Part shown: positions 60,056 through 64,000 of the stretch, piece by piece
Layout: every line of letters begins with the position of its first letter
How positions within the stretch are numbered: the first letter of the stretch is position 1
DNA from: Camelus dromedarius
Taxonomy: Eukaryota
DNA: 64,000 nt
Assembly (NCBI RefSeq): GCF_036321535.1
Contig: NC_087436.1
Span: 86,430,001 to 86,494,000, forward strand
Direction of reading: 5' to 3'
The notes under the pieces: generated by a model
Told to the model about the DNA's origin: nothing
The model's database searches: none
The model's input: the letters and a program-made list of their open reading frames with translations, nothing else
Translations under genes and position numbers: made by a program

Positions 60056-62059
60056 CTCCTGCTGTTAATAAACTGATAATAAAACAAAGGAACTGAGATT
60101 AAAAGACAAGATGAGTTATTAGTAGAAAAACCTACTTTCATTATTTCCTCACTGTTCTATCTCCAGACATGGGGAGAAAAGCCTAGTTGAGAAGAATGTT
60201 AGCGAGTGACCAGGGCGAGAAGAGACCTCCAGAGCCCTTTGGGAGGGTTGAAGAAGTTACTGTGTTCAGTTAGCTCAGTCTCAGAAGCTTCCGTCCATTC
60301 TGTCTCCCATGGAAGCACTAATTCATGACTTACCCTGGAGATGCTGGGAGAATCCCAGTTCCCTAGGAAAGCAGCGAGAGGGTCCCCCTCGGCAGTCAGT
60401 TCATCTCTTTTCAACACTCCCCTGTGGTCCAGGAATCACCTGTCCCCAAAAGCAGGTTCAGCCTTTTGGCCTTGTTTGCCAATCATTGCTGTGGGCCTTC
60501 AGGAGCTGTGACCTGAGGCCCTTGAGGTTGGGCTGGGGGTGGGTGGTTTCCCTGGCTGTCTGGAGGGGCTACTGTGTTCATTACAGATGCCCGGGGGGGC
60601 AGGACTTACACCAGGCCTGGGCGGGCGAGCCCCGAGAGTTCATGTCCTTCTTAGACAGAGCCTCCGCTCTGGTTCACATTAGCTAACACTTATCCCCGTC
60701 ACAGGCTGCCTCTTTATTTTCCTTTAGTTTCAAGGGGCAAATCTCATACTGTCCCTCCCCCTGGCAGCCCTCTAGAGGGGACTGAGGTGTCAGGGAGCAA
60801 GGAAAACCCATTTGGGGGACGAGTGCAACTTCCATGGACTTGAAATTCCTTCCTCAAGCAGCTTCAACTTCTCTCTGGCTCTCTGTCTTTGTCTCTGTCT
60901 CTGTCTGTTTCTCTCTCTCTCTCGGCCACCCACCCCTTTAGACACAGCACCTGGATCCCAAGATGCTTCTAAGGGCCCACAAAAATGTCTTCATTTCTTT
61001 TAAAATCACAAGAAAAAAATTAAGTTTCAAGGTTAAAAAAAATTTGGATTTTGTCTCACAGCAGAAGGAAAAAGGAAAATTTTAGGATTTCTAAAAATTG
61101 TTTACGTTTTGCCTGAAATGAAAAAGGACAAAAATGTTGCAGTACTTAAAGTCACATCAAAAATAGTTCTTAATTTTATTATGATCATGAGGAAGGACCC
61201 CCCAGAAGTCACACGACGGCTTGTTATCAGATCTTAAAAGTGACCCTGTCATTCGTGAGAGGCTGGGTGGACTTGGGAACATTCGGGGCTGTGAGAACAA
61301 CGGGGCAGTTGTTAAGGGAGATGGCAGGGTGGGACAGACATTTCTTGAATGCCACCCTGTGGTCAACCTGCTGCAGGGTATTTTAGGTCCATTATTTCAC
61401 CGAAGCCCCACTTCGACAGCGAGTTTAAGGAACGACTTACTACCCAGTCCCCCAGTATCTCCCTTTCTTAAAAAAATTAATTCACATGTTCATGAATCCT
61501 TCTCAATTATCTTATCCAAATGTTGTTTTGGAATCTTCTTAAAAATGCTTTTTCTCTTTTGATCTTTAAATTGGAACCAGAAAGATGGGTTTTGACGGTC
61601 ACAGTCCTGACTGAAATTCCAAACAAGTTTTGACTGTATCCTAAGATGCACCTGGGGTCTTGAAGGGGGCTTGATTGCCTAAGGCAGCCTGCCTTGGAGA
61701 AATGTGTGGTTTTTACTTTTTTTAAAAAAACCGTATTTCAAATGTCCAAAGGTAATTTAAAAAATGATTTCACAATCAGATTTCGATCACATTGGCCCCA
61801 TGCAAACACCCACGCTGTCCTCAGAAAGTGGCCTACAGGCCATTCAGTTAAGAAAAACAGAAAACAAAGCCTGCCCACTGGAAACAAAATCCTGCAAAAT
61901 CTGGCCCTAGGAAAACAAACAGTGCTGGCTCCCAGGACTCTGGTTTCTTGATTGGACAACTGGGTCCATTGGTTTGTCCAGTGCCCTAGAGTGCCTGCCG
62001 TGTTATGTGTGGGGCATGCTCTAGCAGCTGGGGAGACAAACATAGAAGTGATTTCATCA

Positions 62060-62760
62060 CAGCTCTCAAGTCACTCCCAGTGTACTGGGGACCACCAGCC
62101 TGGGCCAAGTCACCGTAGCCTTTTGTCTGGATGGTTGCAGAGACCTCCTAACTGGTCTCCCTGTGTCCACCCTCGTCTTCCGTTCTCCATACATTAGACA
62201 GAGGACTCCTGTTCGAACACGGGTCAGATCATGCCTGCCCCTGCTGAGCACTCCGTTCCTGCTCTCCAGTCTGTCTCCTGCTTCTGTTCCCCTGGCAGAC
62301 GGTGCACCAGGAATTCTGGTCTTGCTTTCTCTAAAGCAGGCCAAGCCCATCGCCACATTCACGGCTCTCCACATGCCATTCCATAGGCCGAGGATGCTGG
62401 TCCACCAGAGGTCCACGTGGCCCACTCCTCACCTTTCCAGGCCTTTGCTCAAATGTTGTTTCAGTGATGCCTTCCGTGACTGCCCTATTCAACACTGCAG
62501 CCCCCATTCTGAGCCTCTGAATGCCTCCTTCTGGGATTATTTTATTACATTGCACTGACCATCATCTAACCATACTATATATATTTTTTGGTGTATTTTA
62601 CTGATTTACTTTCATTGTCTGTCTCCCCTTTGCTTCTTGGGAGCAAATATTTTATATATTTTATACCCAGGTGTATGTATCCCTAGTGCCTAAAAGAGTG
62701 CTTAGCATATAGCAGTTGCTCGATGAAAATTGATTTTTGAATAAATAAATGACCGAATGA
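62060..62760 (+). mobile_element. L2 3' region
   Basis: gacctcctaactggtctccctg, gtcagatcatgcctgcccctgct, tccctagtgcctaaaagagtgcttagcatatagcagttgctc. Confidence 0.8.
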
Positions 62761-62789
62761 GACATTCATGTAAAACAAACCTAAAATGC

Positions 62790-63480
62790 TACACAGGTAT
62801 GGTTTTCTGTGAGCACAGAGGAAAAAAACCTATCTGCTTACAGAACTGGGGAAGGCTGACTCAAAGAGGTGTCTTTGCATTTAATCTCAAAAGATAAGCA
62901 GCAAGTAGCCAGGTGAAGAAAAAAAGAAAGGTACGCAAGTAGAGGGAACAGTGAAGTGGAAGAACGTGCCTATTTGGGAACTACAAGTAGTTTGGGGACA
63001 ACAGGAGCATAGGATGCTTGTGGAAAGGACAGTGGCATGAAATGAGGTTGGAAATGTGGACTAACTCCAGCTTGTGTCCAGCTAAGGAGGTTTGACTTCC
63101 TTCTTCAGGTGATGGGGAGCTATTCAAGGCTCCTAAGCAAAAGAGAGACTTGATTGGATTTATTCTTTAAGAAGACCTCTCTGTGGGAGGGTACAGCTCA
63201 GTGGTAGAGTGTGTACTTAGCATGCATGAGGTCCTGGGTTCAATCTTCAGTAAAATAAATAAAATTAATTTATTAAAATAAATAAGTAAATAAATAAACC
63301 ACATAACTCCATCCCCAAAACCCCCCAAAAATCACAAACCAAAAAAAAAGTAATAAAATTTAAAAAAATGAATGTTTAAAAAAAAAGAAGACCTCTCTGG
63401 AAGCCCTGTGGGGAAAGAACTGGGGGTTGCTGGGAAGACTAATTTCAGAGGTTGCTTCAGTAGAACTGTTGAAAGGTGAC
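62790..63480 (-). mobile_element. L2 fragment interrupted by a SINE
   Basis: gctaaggaggtttgacttcc...ggtgatggggagctattcaaggc...tgattggatttattctttaagaagacctctctg. Confidence 0.65.
63184..63384 (+). mobile_element. tRNA-derived SINE (camelid Vic-1-like)
   Basis: gggagggtacagctcagtggtagagtgtgtacttagcatgcatgaggtcctgggttcaatc; perfect 15-bp TSD aagaagacctctctg (63169-63183 / 63385-63399) preceded by ttt|aa. Confidence 0.92.
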
Positions 63481-63617
63481 AAAGACCTGCAGAGTGACTG
63501 TGAATGTGACAGAGAGGAGGAATTTAAGAGACATTGGGGTAGCAGATGCTAAAGGACTTGATAATCCATGGTGGGGGTGAGAAGAGGACCCGCTTGAGAA
63601 GAAAAAGATTAGAATGA

Positions 63618-63765
63618 AGAGGGGAGGGTATAGCTCAGTGGTAGAGTGTGTGCTTAGCATGCATGAGGTTCTGGGTTCAATCCCCAGTACCTCCATTAAA
63701 ATAAATAAGTAAATAAATAAACAAACCTAATTACCTCCTCAGCCAAAAAAATTTTTAATTAAAAA
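63618..63765 (+). mobile_element. tRNA-derived SINE (camelid Vic-1-like)
   Basis: ggggagggtatagctcagtggtagag...ctgggttcaatccccagtacctcca; perfect 16-bp TSD aaaaagattagaatga (63602-63617 / 63766-63781). Confidence 0.93.
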
Positions 63766-63819
63766 AAAAAGATTAGAATGATTCACCTCAAGTGTCTTTG
63801 GGGTAATTGAGATAAATAG

Positions 63820-64000
63820 ATACATTCATCCAACAAATATTTATTGAGAACCTACTATGTACCAGGCACTAATCTAGGCACTGGGAATATGGCTTTGGAC
63901 AAAATAGAAAAAGCCAAGTGGAAGAGGCTATAAATAAATAAAGAGATAGTAGAACTTCAGACTGTGATAAGCCTTATGACAGAAAATAAAGCGTGGTAAA
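63820..64000 (-). mobile_element. L2 3' end
   Basis: cattcatccaacaaatatttattgagaacctactatgtaccaggcactaatctaggcactgggaata. Confidence 0.85.

Noticed and set aside
63621..63694. tRNA-Ala-like gene with A and B boxes
   Set aside because: Followed by an A-rich tail, flanked by a TSD and present in four diverged copies; it is a SINE head, not a tRNA gene
1..64000. CRISPR arrays, operons, rRNA genes or other prokaryotic systems
   Set aside because: The sequence is mammalian repeat-rich DNA; no regularly spaced repeats or dense coding structure seen

Overview
Mammalian non-coding genomic DNA, most likely from a camelid (camel/alpaca/llama), judged from four tRNA-derived SINEs resembling camelid Vic-1 and cetartiodactyl-type L1 and LTR ends. 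I recognise no cellular protein-coding exon, real tRNA/rRNA gene or CRISPR array. The only ORFs with recognisable protein similarity are LINE-1 ORF2 remnants. The window is a mosaic of old repeats (MIR, L2, MLT1, MER DNA transposons, L1M fragments), younger lineage-specific insertions (a 2-kb 5'-truncated L1, SINEs and ERV1-type solo LTRs, several with target-site duplications) and repeat-free motif-rich stretches that look regulatory. The most unusual object is a ~340-bp TSD-flanked mini-L1 at ~30.02-30.36 kb, made only of the first ~160 nt of an L1 5'UTR fused to the last ~170 nt of the 3'UTR. It is a candidate spliced or internally deleted non-autonomous retroelement. Also notable are a CpG-rich promoter-like island at ~54.7-55.5 kb, a CTCF-like motif inside an LTR within a CpG-retaining TE cluster (43.6-44.7 kb), and a probable poly(A) site near position 430. 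Repeat subfamily names come from recalled consensus sequences, not from a database search, and boundaries of old repeats are approximate.
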